Source of the DNA: an uncultured Clostridia bacterium
Lineage (GTDB): Bacteria > Bacillota > Clostridia > Christensenellales > CAG-314
NCBI GenBank assembly: GCA_947601445.1
Contig: CANQGD010000001.1
Location: 33,608 to 97,607 of the forward strand
Direction of reading: 5' to 3'
DNA: 64,000 nucleotides
The notes under the pieces are model-generated. The model searched no databases. It saw nothing but the letters and a program-made list of their open reading frames with translations, and had not been told where the DNA came from. This document shows positions 1 through 10,397 of the stretch, piece by piece. How positions within the stretch are numbered: position 1 is the stretch's first letter; each line of letters starts with the position of its first letter. Made by a program: the position numbers and the translations under genes.

Positions 1-1235
1 TGCGTTCTACCAAAGCATTTGACGAAGATTTTCTTGCATATCTCGCAAATTTTCGTTTTACGGGCAGTATCAGAGCGGTACCGGAAGGAACGGTTGTTTT
101 TCCTTACGAACCGTTGATGATCGTCACCGCGCCGATAAGTCAAGCGCAGTTGATTGAAGCCGCATTGCTCAATATTGTCAATCATCAGACGCTCATTGCA
201 ACAAAGGCACGCCGTGTGTGCTATGCCGCGGAACCTGCAAGCGTATTGGAGTTCGGTCTGCGGCGCGCTCAGGGACCCGACGCCGCCATTTACGGTGCGC
301 GAGCTGCGGTAATAGGCGGTTGCAGCTCTACGAGTAATGTGCTTTGTGCACAGATGTTCGGACTTCCTCCAAAAGGCACTCATGCACACAGTTGGGTAAT
401 GTCTTTTCCTACGGAGTTGGACGCATTTATGGCATATGCCGATACCTATCCCGACAATTGTCTGTTGCTTGTAGATACCTACGATACGTTGGGCAGCGGC
501 GTTCCGAACGCCATTAAAACCTTTGATTATCTGAAATCCAAGGGTTATCAACCTATCGGGATACGTCTCGACAGCGGCGATCTGGCATATCTGAGCAAGC
601 AAGCGCGCAAAATGATGGACGCGGCGGGACACGCCGATTGCAAGATATTCGCCAGCTCGGATATAGACGAATACGTCCTTGAAAGTCTCAAACAGCAAGG
701 CGCAAAAATAGACATCTACGGAGTAGGTACTCGTCTTATAACAAGCAATAATACGCCGAGTCTCGGCGGCGTTTACAAATTGTGCAATATACGCACGGGT
801 GAAAAGGACTGTCCCAAAATGAAAATCAGCGACAATCCGATAAAAATGACCAACCCGGGAGTAAAAACGGTATTCCGTCTCTTTGACAAAAAAACCGACA
901 AGGCGATAGCCGACGTCATTGCGCTGAAAGGCGAAAGGATCGACGAAACAAAGCCTCTCACAATAACACATCCCGTGGAGCGCTGGAAGAGTAAAGAAGT
1001 TTCCGATTTCTATGCAAAAGAACTTTATGTGGATGCGGTAAAAGACGGTAAGCGCGTGCTTGCTCGCAAAGATGTTTACACTTTGCAAAGGGATTGCGCT
1101 CAAAGTTTGAACGGTTTCTGGGAAGAATACAAGCGCCTCAGCAATCCCCACGTTTACAAGGTGGATTTGTCCGACAAACTTTACTCATTGAAGCAGCAGT
1201 TGATCAATGACGAACGCAAAACGGTGGCAAAATGA
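1..1235 (+). CDS. pncB: Nicotinate phosphoribosyltransferase, 5' end cut by window edge
   Basis: Frame 3 is open from the window edge. The translation (FDEDFLAYLANFRFTGSIRAVPEGTVVFPYEPLM ... GLRRAQGPDAA ... GTHAHSWVMSF) matches NAPRTase family regions. The stop overlaps the next ATG (ATGA). Confidence 0.9.
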   Translation, partial: RSTKAFDEDFLAYLANFRFTGSIRAVPEGTVVFPYEPLMIVTAPISQAQLIEAALLNIVNHQTLIATKARRVCYAAEPASVLEFGLRRAQGPDAAIYGARAAVIGGCSSTSNVLCAQMFGLPPKGTHAHSWVMSFPTELDAFMAYADTYPDNCLLLVDTYDTLGSGVPNAIKTFDYLKSKGYQPIGIRLDSGDLAYLSKQARKMMDAAGHADCKIFASSDIDEYVLESLKQQGAKIDIYGVGTRLITSNNTPSLGGVYKLCNIRTGEKDCPKMKISDNPIKMTNPGVKTVFRLFDKKTDKAIADVIALKGERIDETKPLTITHPVERWKSKEVSDFYAKELYVDAVKDGKRVLARKDVYTLQRDCAQSLNGFWEEYKRLSNPHVYKVDLSDKLYSLKQQLINDERKTVAK

Positions 1236-2041
1236 ATTTCAAAAAAGTATTCAGGGGATATGACCCGATCGAAGTAGACAACTATATAGCGGAGACGGAA
1301 GCCAACGAGCAAAAAATTCGAGCAGCCCAAAAAGAGCGTATCGATGAGCTTTCCGATGAAAATTATTCGTTGCGTCAGCAAGTAAAACAGTACCAAACGG
1401 ACGAGCAGGCAATCAGCAAATCTTTGATTGCTTCTCAACATCTTGCGCAGGAACTGAAATTCGATGCGGAGCGTTATTCGGATTTGGTTCTTTCTCGCGC
1501 AAAAATATTTTATGCAACTTGGCGCGCCTATGCAAAGACGCTTGTCGCTTCGTTGTCTGAGGAAGAAATCCGCGCGTTCAACGTTCTGCAAAAAAAGATT
1601 GAAAACATGATCAATGCCTATGAAGGCAAGGACGTGGCAAAAGAAATGGATGAGCGAGAGCTGCAACACGATAAGTCCGTGGCGGCAACCGCACAGAAGG
1701 TTTCCGTCGACGAGACGGTGCAAAAAACATCGCAAAACGTCCCCGAAACGGAAATTTCCGTGTCAAACGAACCCAATGTTCCTCAATCTCCCGCAAAGCA
1801 GTCGGTACAAAGCGAATCAAGCGGTTCGCAGCAAGCGAGTCTAACCGAGGAAGAAAAGTGGCGCCGCGCGCGCGAAGTGGTAGACGTTACGCCGAGCGAA
1901 ACAACCATGCGAATATATGCAAATCCTATTTCCAAAGTGGAAGAAGCGTCCGGTCAGGTAATAGATTTGCGAGAGCTGACCAAAACGGATATGTCCCTCG
2001 AAGACCTTTGCGCCGAGTTGGGACTTATTGTAAAAAAATAG
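1232..2041 (+). CDS. DivIVA domain-containing protein
   Basis: The N-terminus MNFKKVFRGYDPIEVDNYI carries the DivIVA signature (F-x-RGYD-x-x-EVD). A coiled-coil-like E/K/Q-rich region follows. Confidence 0.8.
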   Translation: MNFKKVFRGYDPIEVDNYIAETEANEQKIRAAQKERIDELSDENYSLRQQVKQYQTDEQAISKSLIASQHLAQELKFDAERYSDLVLSRAKIFYATWRAYAKTLVASLSEEEIRAFNVLQKKIENMINAYEGKDVAKEMDERELQHDKSVAATAQKVSVDETVQKTSQNVPETEISVSNEPNVPQSPAKQSVQSESSGSQQASLTEEEKWRRAREVVDVTPSETTMRIYANPISKVEEASGQVIDLRELTKTDMSLEDLCAELGLIVKK

Positions 2042-2128
2042 ACTCCGTTGGCGATGAAACAATTTACCGATGAAACAAGCGGCAAATGCTGTCTTGTAAA
2101 TCGTCGTCGATAGCGTGTATTTAACAAA

Positions 2129-2989
2129 ATGGCAGAAGTATTTTTAGACGCACTTAAAGACAGTTCAATAGCCGCTCCTTTTTTATTGGCGATTTATTTG
2201 CTGATAGAATTTCTCGAAAGCAATGCTAACGCAAAGCGGCGCACGGTAAAGCTTCTCAACGGTAAACTCGCTCCTTTGGTGGCAAGCGGTGTGGGGCTTG
2301 TTCCGCAATGCGGATTTTCGGTGATGGCTGCGGATTTGTACTGTCAGCGTTATTTGAAATTGGGCACATTGGTGGCTTTTTTTGTGGCTACCAGCGACGA
2401 AGCGTTGCCGATATTGCTCACCAATGTAAAAACATTGCCTGTGGTGTGGATAGTTTTGCTTGTTAAAGCGGTCTATGCCATATGTTTGGGATATTTTATA
2501 AATCTGTTTGACAAGCGACCCCTTGCCGTCGATTATGAACTTGCCGATGAACACGGCTGTTGTCATCACGAAATGTCCGATGAACACAAACGCGGTTTTT
2601 GGGGATTTGTAAAGCACCCGCTTTTGCATACGTTAAAGATTTTTGTGTATATTTTTGTTATCAATGCTGTTTTCGGATTGTTATTATACTATTTCGAGCA
2701 GCCGATTTTGGATTTTACCGCACGGCTGGGCGCGGCGCAAAGTCTGTTTACCGCACTTATCGGCTTGGTACCCAACTGTGCAAGCAGCGTAATTTTGACG
2801 GGTATGTATGTAGACGGTATCGTCGGGTTGCCGGCGCTGTTGGCGGGGCTTGTTTCCAACAGCGGAATTGCGCTTGCCATTCTTTTCAAACAGAAAGGAA
2901 CGCTCAAACGGAATCTGCTTGTTCTTGCGCTGATGTACTGTCTCGGTGCGCTTTGCGGCATTGTCGGCTGGCTGTTTACTTTAATATAA
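2129..2989 (+). CDS. Polytopic membrane protein, ArsP_2 / putative 10-TM heavy-metal exporter family (tentative)
   Basis: About 10 hydrophobic segments with a duplicated LVPQCGFSV / LVPNCASSV motif and a central His/Cys-rich loop (HGCCHHEMSDEH). The family name is recalled from memory. No SD precedes the ATG. Confidence 0.5.
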   Translation: MAEVFLDALKDSSIAAPFLLAIYLLIEFLESNANAKRRTVKLLNGKLAPLVASGVGLVPQCGFSVMAADLYCQRYLKLGTLVAFFVATSDEALPILLTNVKTLPVVWIVLLVKAVYAICLGYFINLFDKRPLAVDYELADEHGCCHHEMSDEHKRGFWGFVKHPLLHTLKIFVYIFVINAVFGLLLYYFEQPILDFTARLGAAQSLFTALIGLVPNCASSVILTGMYVDGIVGLPALLAGLVSNSGIALAILFKQKGTLKRNLLVLALMYCLGALCGIVGWLFTLI

Positions 2990-3320
2990 TAAGTTGCGAT
3001 CAAGCATATAAATTTAATGCTTTTTATATAGAATTTTTATATAATACATTTGAAAGGTGCTGATTGCGAACCGTATTGTTTCGGTTTGTAGCGACGGTTT
3101 CGTTAAGTCGGAATTGTATAGGTTACATTCGTTTGGACGCCGATTGGTTTACCGAGTGGTTTTTGGGTAAATATTATCGGTAGTCGTTTGTTTAAAACGG
3201 AAAGGAAAACGGATATTTTTTACACAATATAATTACCGTTTGGTACCGTAAAGGAGAAATCACGACGAAGCGCTCGGTTTAATGAATTACAAGAGATAAG
3301 GTGTATTTGTCGGAATATTG

Positions 3321-3353
3321 CAAAACCCACCCTTAAAAAAGAGTGGGTTTTTG
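3321..3353. terminator. Bidirectional intrinsic terminator downstream of groEL
   Basis: AAAACCCACC / GGTGGGTTTT-type stem (3322-3331 with 3341-3350) flanked by an A-run and a T-run, 50 nt past the groEL stop. Confidence 0.6.
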
Positions 3354-3400
3354 CAATTATCTTTGCGCGAATGGCAGTGCGCCGTTTCGTATACGATTTA

Positions 3401-5026
<1,626 letters not shown>

Positions 5027-5314
5027 TTATTCCTCCACAATTGCCAAAATATCGCTTTGTTTAATGACGGTAACTTCTTCTCCGTCAATTTTGAAAGTAC
5101 TGCCCGCATATTTGCTGTAAAGTACTTTGTCCCCGACGTGAACAATCATTTTGACGTCCTTGCCGTCTATCAATCCGCCTTCGCCCACAGCGACGACGGT
5201 TGCTACTTCCTGTTTTTCCTGAGCTGCCGTAGGAAGAAAGATTCCGCCGACAGTTTGTTCCTTTTCCTCTGATTTTTTGACAACAACCTTGTCAAAAAGC
5301 GGTTTCAGTTTCAT
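5027..5314 (-). CDS. groES: Co-chaperonin GroES
   Basis: 95 aa, MKLKPLFDKVVVK...GGI.LP...; SD AAGGAGG; 3-nt gap to groEL. Confidence 0.97.
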   Translation of the reverse strand: MKLKPLFDKVVVKKSEEKEQTVGGIFLPTAAQEKQEVATVVAVGEGGLIDGKDVKMIVHVGDKVLYSKYAGSTFKIDGEEVTVIKQSDILAIVEE

Positions 5315-5348
5315 TTATTTGCCTCCTTAAATAATTATTGACGCTTAT

Positions 5349-5375
5349 TTAGCAGTCAAACTTGCCGACTGCTAA
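5349..5375 (-). promoter_or_regulatory. CIRCE operator (HrcA binding site)
   Basis: TTAGCAGTC-N9-GACTGCTAA is a perfect 9-bp inverted repeat with 9-nt spacer, one position per arm off the consensus TTAGCACTC-N9-GAGTGCTAA. It lies between the groES promoter and the SD. Confidence 0.85.
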
Positions 5376-5379
5376 ATAT

Positions 5380-5407
5380 ATTATACTACACATTTGCAAA
5401 ATGTCAA
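5380..5407 (-). promoter_or_regulatory. Sigma-A type promoter of groES-groEL
   Basis: On the minus strand, TTGACA-16 nt-TATAAT, both hexamers consensus. CIRCE starts 4 nt downstream. Confidence 0.7.
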
Positions 5408-5532
5408 CATAATTGCTTGCCTATTTGTCAACTTTTTTGCCGAATGTTTCGGAAAAATATCCCAAAAGTATTGTTATTTCAGCGGTTAAATGATATACTA
5501 TTTTAAAGATACTAACAAAGGAGTCGCATTTT

Positions 5533-6090
5533 ATGGAAAATGTTTTGTTTACATTGGGTTCGACAGATATTTTAGTATGGCATTTGTTGGCGCTCATTGC
5601 CGTGATAGTCGTAATTGCGTTAATAATCGTAATTGTGCTGTTCAGCCGCAAAAAGTCGGATGCCAAGCCTGCCGAACAAGTGAAATCCGAGACGGAACCA
5701 TCCGAACAATCCGACGGAACCGATGTCGTTGACGAACAATCTACCGACGAACAGCCGTCAGAGCAAATTACAGAGGAAACTTCCGATGACGGCATAGCAA
5801 TCACGGAAGAAGAGGACGACGAACCCGTTGCCGATGAAGAACCTGCAACCGAAGAAGAAGCGGAGCAGGAGGAAAAAGAAGCAGCCGAACGTAAACGTCC
5901 CAAGAACTACCACATTTCTCTGCGCGTAGACGGCAAATGGCAGGTAAAACTGTCTAAGGGCGCCAAACCCTTGAAACTTTTCGATACGCAAGCTCAGGCA
6001 ATTGCATTCGCAAAGGAAAAGGCAAAAAATCAGGACGGTTCGATCGTCATACACAAAGTAAACGGTCAAATTCGCAAGCAAAAATATTAA
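5533..6090 (+). CDS. Membrane-anchored DUF2188-like protein with acidic linker
   Basis: One N-terminal TM helix (WHLLALIAVIVVIALIIVIVLF), a roughly 90-aa D/E-rich linker, and a C-terminus (YHISLRVDGKWQVKL...AQAIAFAKEKAKNQDGSIVIHKVNGQI) resembling DUF2188. SD AAAGGAG. Confidence 0.55.
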   Translation: MENVLFTLGSTDILVWHLLALIAVIVVIALIIVIVLFSRKKSDAKPAEQVKSETEPSEQSDGTDVVDEQSTDEQPSEQITEETSDDGIAITEEEDDEPVADEEPATEEEAEQEEKEAAERKRPKNYHISLRVDGKWQVKLSKGAKPLKLFDTQAQAIAFAKEKAKNQDGSIVIHKVNGQIRKQKY

Positions 6091-6186
6091 AATATCGCTT
6101 TCGCGGTTTTAATGCGATGTGGGCACCACATGGCAAAGTCCGAAAAAGACAAAGCGACGGGACGCAGAACGTCCGAGGAAAACAGT

Positions 6187-6642
6187 ATGAACAAGTGGGA
6201 TAAACGTTTTATGGAGCTGACCGAACAGGTGGCTCAATGGTCCAGCTGTTTCAAAGAAGACAGACAGGTGGGAGCAGTGATCGTCCGAGACAAACGCGTT
6301 CTGTGTACGGGCTATAACGGCGCGCCGGAGGGAATAAAAAGCTGTAAAGAAAAGGGCGAATGCCTGCGTATAAAGCTTAATATACCCAGCGGGCAAAATC
6401 TCGAAAAATGTTATTCGGTGCACGCCGAACAAAACGCCATTGTCAATGCCGCTCGCATGGGCGTGTGTTTGGACGGAGCTACCCTTTATTGCACACATCA
6501 ACCGTGCGTAATTTGCGCCAAATTGATTGTAAACGCAGGTATCAAACGTGTGGTGTACAAGGAAGGCTATCCCGACGAATTTGCAATAGAGGTATTGCAG
6601 GAAGCGGGCGTCAACGTGGACAGATATTCCGATTTGGCGTGA
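6187..6642 (+). CDS. comEB: Deoxycytidylate (dCMP) deaminase, ComEB family
   Basis: Zinc-binding deaminase motifs HAEQNAI and PCVICAKLIV. Start chosen at the ATG with SD GAGGAA; the ORF is open from 6112. Confidence 0.85.
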   Translation: MNKWDKRFMELTEQVAQWSSCFKEDRQVGAVIVRDKRVLCTGYNGAPEGIKSCKEKGECLRIKLNIPSGQNLEKCYSVHAEQNAIVNAARMGVCLDGATLYCTHQPCVICAKLIVNAGIKRVVYKEGYPDEFAIEVLQEAGVNVDRYSDLA

Positions 6643-6746
6643 CCGATCGCGCAATATATCAACTTTCGCAAGGCAGATTGGCGTGCGTTTATGAAAAACG
6701 TGTGTATATATGCCGTTTGTCTTGTATGTCGAAATCAATATAATGT

Positions 6747-6784
6747 AAAACCGACTTCATACTGTTTTGAAGTCGGTTTTTTTG
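6747..6784. terminator. Bidirectional intrinsic terminator between the dCMP deaminase gene and ddh
   Basis: Stem AAAACCGACTTCA / TGAAGTCGGTTTT followed by a T-run, with an A-run on the other side. Confidence 0.7.
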
Positions 6785-6895
6785 AACTCGTTTGCTGTTA
6801 GCATTATATTTACCGGATATAAGTTTCTACGATTATCATTGATATCTACGAACTTTATTTTATTGCCTTTCGGCGTTGCGTTTCGGATTATGTAT

Positions 6896-7786
6896 TTACA
6901 AAACCTCGCGTGTTGCAAGATATTTCAAGGGAACGTCGAGCACATCAAGCGCTCCACGGTATCCGTCTGCTTTCAAACGAGGCAAAGCTTTGGCATAAGC
7001 AAGCATTATTTTCGCGGTGTAGTCCGGATTGCTTTTCAATATAACGGTGCAATTTGCCTCGAATCCTTCCCCTCGGCAAACAACTTGCCCGCGGTGATGC
7101 GTTCTTTGTTTCAATTCCCTTACTTGTTGTGCGGTGACGAAATTCACCTGCGTATCGTAGCCCTCGAAATAGTTCGGCATTGTCACTATCTGTCTTTGAA
7201 TATCTTCTTTGTCGCTCTCTATACACGCTACGTAGCAAATGCGGTCGTGCATTTTTTTCCCGTCCGTTATTCCCTGTTCTATCAAATTTCGGACGTCGGG
7301 TTTGGGAACGGTAAACTGTATTGCGTCTATGACTCCGGGTATGGAACGGATCGCATTGCTGTGTCCCTGTGAAACGCCCTCTCCCCATAGTGTGGTGCAG
7401 TTTGTTGCTCCTATGCCGAATACCGCCCGCGCAAGCGAAAGCAATCCCGGGTCCCATCCGACCGAGATCAGCGCGAGCGCGTCTTTTTTTACGGCGTTGA
7501 GACGGGCTTTGTATTCGGCAATTTTGTAATGTGTGTCAAAGCTGTCCACCGTGTCGAACGGCGCAAGCTCGTCTATATACTCCTCAATATCTGAGTAACT
7601 TCCGAGCGCCAACATTGCCACATCGAAATCGGTCGCTTTGGTTAATTCTTTCATTGGACGGTACAGCGGATGTTGTATATTCCTACGGGAATAGACGGCA
7701 ACAAGCTGTAAATTTGCGTCCTTTTCCGTTTCTTTTTGCAGGCTTTTGCCAAGATTTCCGTAACCTACGATTGCAATTTTAAGCAT
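6896..7786 (-). CDS. ddh: meso-Diaminopimelate D-dehydrogenase
   Basis: Rossmann N-terminus MLKIAIVGYGNLGK, with WDPGLLSLAR and WGEGVSQGHSNAIR regions typical of Ddh. SD GGAGGA. Confidence 0.85.
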   Translation of the reverse strand: MLKIAIVGYGNLGKSLQKETEKDANLQLVAVYSRRNIQHPLYRPMKELTKATDFDVAMLALGSYSDIEEYIDELAPFDTVDSFDTHYKIAEYKARLNAVKKDALALISVGWDPGLLSLARAVFGIGATNCTTLWGEGVSQGHSNAIRSIPGVIDAIQFTVPKPDVRNLIEQGITDGKKMHDRICYVACIESDKEDIQRQIVTMPNYFEGYDTQVNFVTAQQVRELKQRTHHRGQVVCRGEGFEANCTVILKSNPDYTAKIMLAYAKALPRLKADGYRGALDVLDVPLKYLATREVL

Positions 7787-8015
7787 TGAAATTTCCTCCG
7801 ACTATCAATATATGTCGGATTGCCTAAAAAATATATAAAAATCACCTTTTTTGCCCCGTACGAAAGGATTTACTCCGTTTGGGTAAACGAAAATTAAAAA
7901 ATATAAAAAATTTTTTAATTATATGCTTTATTTTTTCATACAAATATAGTATCATTATAAGTAGATAATATAGCGTTTGTGCGAATTATCCGTACAAGTG
8001 AGATAGGTGTCGTAT

Positions 8016-8864
8016 ATGCTGATGCAGGATTTTTTGAAAAATTTGTTTACAAATGTTGACATAACGGTACTCGTCGCGAGGATAATCCTTTTGGCGGTGT
8101 TTACGTTTGTATTCTATATGTTCTTTTACTATGCGAAGAAACGCAATTTGCAATTGTACACTTACATTGTAATTGCGGTAGTGGTCATTATGTTTGTCTT
8201 ATCATTCCTTGTAAGCGCAAACGAATTGGCTTTTTATGTATATTTTGCATTGATGCTGCTTGCGATACTCGGATTGATGCTGTTTATTTCCGATATAAAC
8301 CGTCACATCTTCCGACTGTCCGTAAAACGTAAATTTTTCCGTGACAATCTTGCCGATCACTACGGAAGCGAAGATTTAAGCAAATCCGTTTCGGAAATCG
8401 TCAAATCTTGTCTGAGACTTTCCAAAACCGATACGGGAGCGTTGATAGTAATTGCCGATCATATGTCGGATGAAATATTGGACAGCGGCATAAAGATAAA
8501 TTCCGAAATTACCGCAGAGCTTATCGAAACGCTGTTTTTCCCAAAAACTCCGTTGCATGACGGCGCTGTGATAATAACGGCGAACAAGGTTGCGTCGGCA
8601 GGTTGTTATTTGCCCCTTACGCAAGCTCAAAATTTGCCCCGCGAGTTCGGTACGCGTCATCGTGCGGCAATAGGCGTTGCGGCGGCGTTCCCCGATTGTA
8701 CGGCGATAGTTGTCAGTGAAGAAACGGGCATTATTTCCGCTATGCACGACGGCAAGATAAAACGCTATCTGGATAGCCGCCAGTTGCAGGATATTTTGGA
8801 TTGCGCAATGGGTTTGGCGGATGAAAGCGCCGAAGAAAGACTTTGGGGAGAGAAAGAGTTATGA
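8016..8864 (+). CDS. cdaA: Diadenylate cyclase CdaA (c-di-AMP synthase)
   Basis: Three N-terminal TM helices followed by a DAC domain with PLHDGAVII (DGA) and GTRHRAA (RHR) motifs. ATG 8016 lies 6 nt after AGGTG; the ORF is open from GTG 8007. Confidence 0.9.
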   Translation: MLMQDFLKNLFTNVDITVLVARIILLAVFTFVFYMFFYYAKKRNLQLYTYIVIAVVVIMFVLSFLVSANELAFYVYFALMLLAILGLMLFISDINRHIFRLSVKRKFFRDNLADHYGSEDLSKSVSEIVKSCLRLSKTDTGALIVIADHMSDEILDSGIKINSEITAELIETLFFPKTPLHDGAVIITANKVASAGCYLPLTQAQNLPREFGTRHRAAIGVAAAFPDCTAIVVSEETGIISAMHDGKIKRYLDSRQLQDILDCAMGLADESAEERLWGEKEL

Positions 8865-8989
8865 AAAAGAAAAAAGGAATAACAACATCGCAAAAAATTG
8901 CACACTTTTTCAAGCATTACTTCGTGTTGCTTCTGTTGGCTTTGGGTTGTTCGGTGCTGACAGTGTTGTTGTTGGCGTTCTGCGCATAG
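8861..8989 (+). CDS. 42-aa single-pass membrane micro-ORF coupled to cdaA (possible CdaR N-terminal remnant)
   Basis: ATGA overlap with the cdaA stop and a purine-rich SD (GGGGAGAGAAAGAG). Translation: MKKKKGITTSQKIAHFFKHYFVLLLLALGCSVLTVLLLAFCA. Too short for the supplied ORF track. Confidence 0.35.
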   Translation: MKKKKGITTSQKIAHFFKHYFVLLLLALGCSVLTVLLLAFCA

Positions 8990-9132
8990 TTTCTCACAAA
9001 ACGACGGCGTGTTTCAGGCTTATTAAAAAATAGAATTTGCCTGTGTTCGCAATTTGTTTTTCCGTGAGAACGGTCAAACAAAAAATTTCAGCGAAAAATT
9101 TCACTTAATTTAATTTTTTGAATAAAGCCAAT

Positions 9133-9177
9133 ATTGACGGCGCCGTGTTTTGCGGCGCCGTTGTCAATAATTTTTTG
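9133..9177 (+). terminator. GC-rich hairpin plus T-run, candidate terminator of the cdaA unit
   Basis: ACGGCGCCG / CGGCGCCGT stem with loop TGTTTTG. A T6 run follows about 10 nt later, which is imperfect geometry. Confidence 0.4.
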
Positions 9178-9235
9178 CAAATCGGTACAAATGTGCCGTC
9201 AGTATAAAATATCGTATGAAATAATAAAATACATC

Positions 9236-10291
9236 ATGATTGTTGCAAAATTCGGCGGAACGGCGGTGACGCCGCACAATTTTTTGTATGTAAAGCGCAT
9301 AGTTACCGATGCGCACATTGCGGTAGTGGTAAGCGCCGTGGGAAAGGAGTTCAAAGAAGACGTCAAAGTAACGGATATGTTGTTGAACTATTTTGACATG
9401 CGTGATGAAACAATATGGCAGACCGTCGCCGATAAATACAGACGACTTGTATACGTTAACGGAATAGATGTAGACGTCGAGTCTTTGTTAAGCGACGCCA
9501 AGCGCCGCGCACTTACCTATGACAAATGGTATTGCGCCTCTCTCGGCGAAGAACTGTCGGCGCGTGTAACGGCGGCATATCTCAAAAGGAACTATATCGA
9601 GGCGGAAAAGGTCTTGCGTTTTGATTGTAAAGGCGAGTTGCTTATCGAAGAAACCTATGCAAACATATGCTCGGCGTTTTCCGACAATGGAGGTGTAATG
9701 GGCGGCTTTTACGGCGGAAATGCAGGCGGCAGACGCACTTTTTCTCGCGGCGGAGGAGATGTTACGGGCGCTATCGTTGCAGCGGCGCTCAACGCCGCTC
9801 TTTACGAAAATTGGACGGATGTAAACGGTGTTTGTATTGCCGATCCCGCAAAGGTAAGCAATGTCGCAACGGTGGATGAAATAAGCTACCGTGAGATGCG
9901 GCTATTGTCTCTTTCGGGAGCGGAGGTATTGCATCCCGACGCAATTGCACCGTGCGAAGAAAGAGGGATTCCGATAAAAATAGGAAATTTTTTCAACCCG
10001 AACGGCGCAAGTACGCGAGTCGGATTTTGTCCGTCTCGATGCAAATTGTTGTCCGTTACGGAAAAAAAAGTCGGTCACGCCGTTGTTACAACGGTGTTAC
10101 ACAGTTACCCGAAATGGCAAATAGTAAGCTGCATTTCGCAATTTTTGCATGCGGCAACCGATAAAATGTATTTTTTTGATGACGATTTTTGTATCGACCC
10201 CGATATAAGTTCCCTTGAGTTTGCCGATAACATTGTCAAACTGTATTCCGGCGAATCCATACTTAAACCGCTTTACAAGTTTTTGATATGA
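9236..10291 (+). CDS. Aspartate kinase (short C-terminal regulatory region)
   Basis: MIVAKFGGTAV N-terminus, VVVSAVG, and SRGGGDVTGAIVAAALNAALYENWTDVNGVCIADP...ISYREMRLLSLSGAEVLHP match the amino-acid kinase / aspartokinase core. Only about 95 aa follow the catalytic core. No SD. Confidence 0.8.
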   Translation: MIVAKFGGTAVTPHNFLYVKRIVTDAHIAVVVSAVGKEFKEDVKVTDMLLNYFDMRDETIWQTVADKYRRLVYVNGIDVDVESLLSDAKRRALTYDKWYCASLGEELSARVTAAYLKRNYIEAEKVLRFDCKGELLIEETYANICSAFSDNGGVMGGFYGGNAGGRRTFSRGGGDVTGAIVAAALNAALYENWTDVNGVCIADPAKVSNVATVDEISYREMRLLSLSGAEVLHPDAIAPCEERGIPIKIGNFFNPNGASTRVGFCPSRCKLLSVTEKKVGHAVVTTVLHSYPKWQIVSCISQFLHAATDKMYFFDDDFCIDPDISSLEFADNIVKLYSGESILKPLYKFLI

Positions 10292-10397
10292 TTTTATTGA
10301 TTGCGTTTGCAACAGGATTGCAATTCGCGCGGCGAAGCAAGTCAAATCATCTTGACTAATTTTTCGCTATAAATTACAATATAGTGGCGAGGTACTT

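Noticed and set aside
3245-3262. TTTGGTACCGTAAAGG resembles the core of the T-box motif (GGTGGTACCGCG).
   Set aside because: Only an 8-mer (TGGTACCG) matches, which is expected by chance in 128 kb of two-strand sequence. No Stem I elements are present, the spacing to the terminator is wrong and there is no downstream gene.
5421-5903. 160-aa Ser/Cys-rich ORF on the minus strand.
   Set aside because: It is the antisense reading of the GAA/GAC-rich acidic linker of the DUF2188-like gene, so it is a compositional artefact.
8821-9033. 70-aa plus-strand ORF overlapping the cdaA 3' end.
   Set aside because: It is out of frame with both cdaA and the SD-preceded 42-aa micro-ORF. It has no SD and starts inside cdaA.
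9034-9235. Expected a lysine riboswitch (L-box) upstream of aspartokinase, and likewise upstream of ddh at 7787-8006.
   Set aside because: No AGAGGCGC-type L-box core or multi-helix junction is recognisable. There is only a GC hairpin that fits a terminator better.
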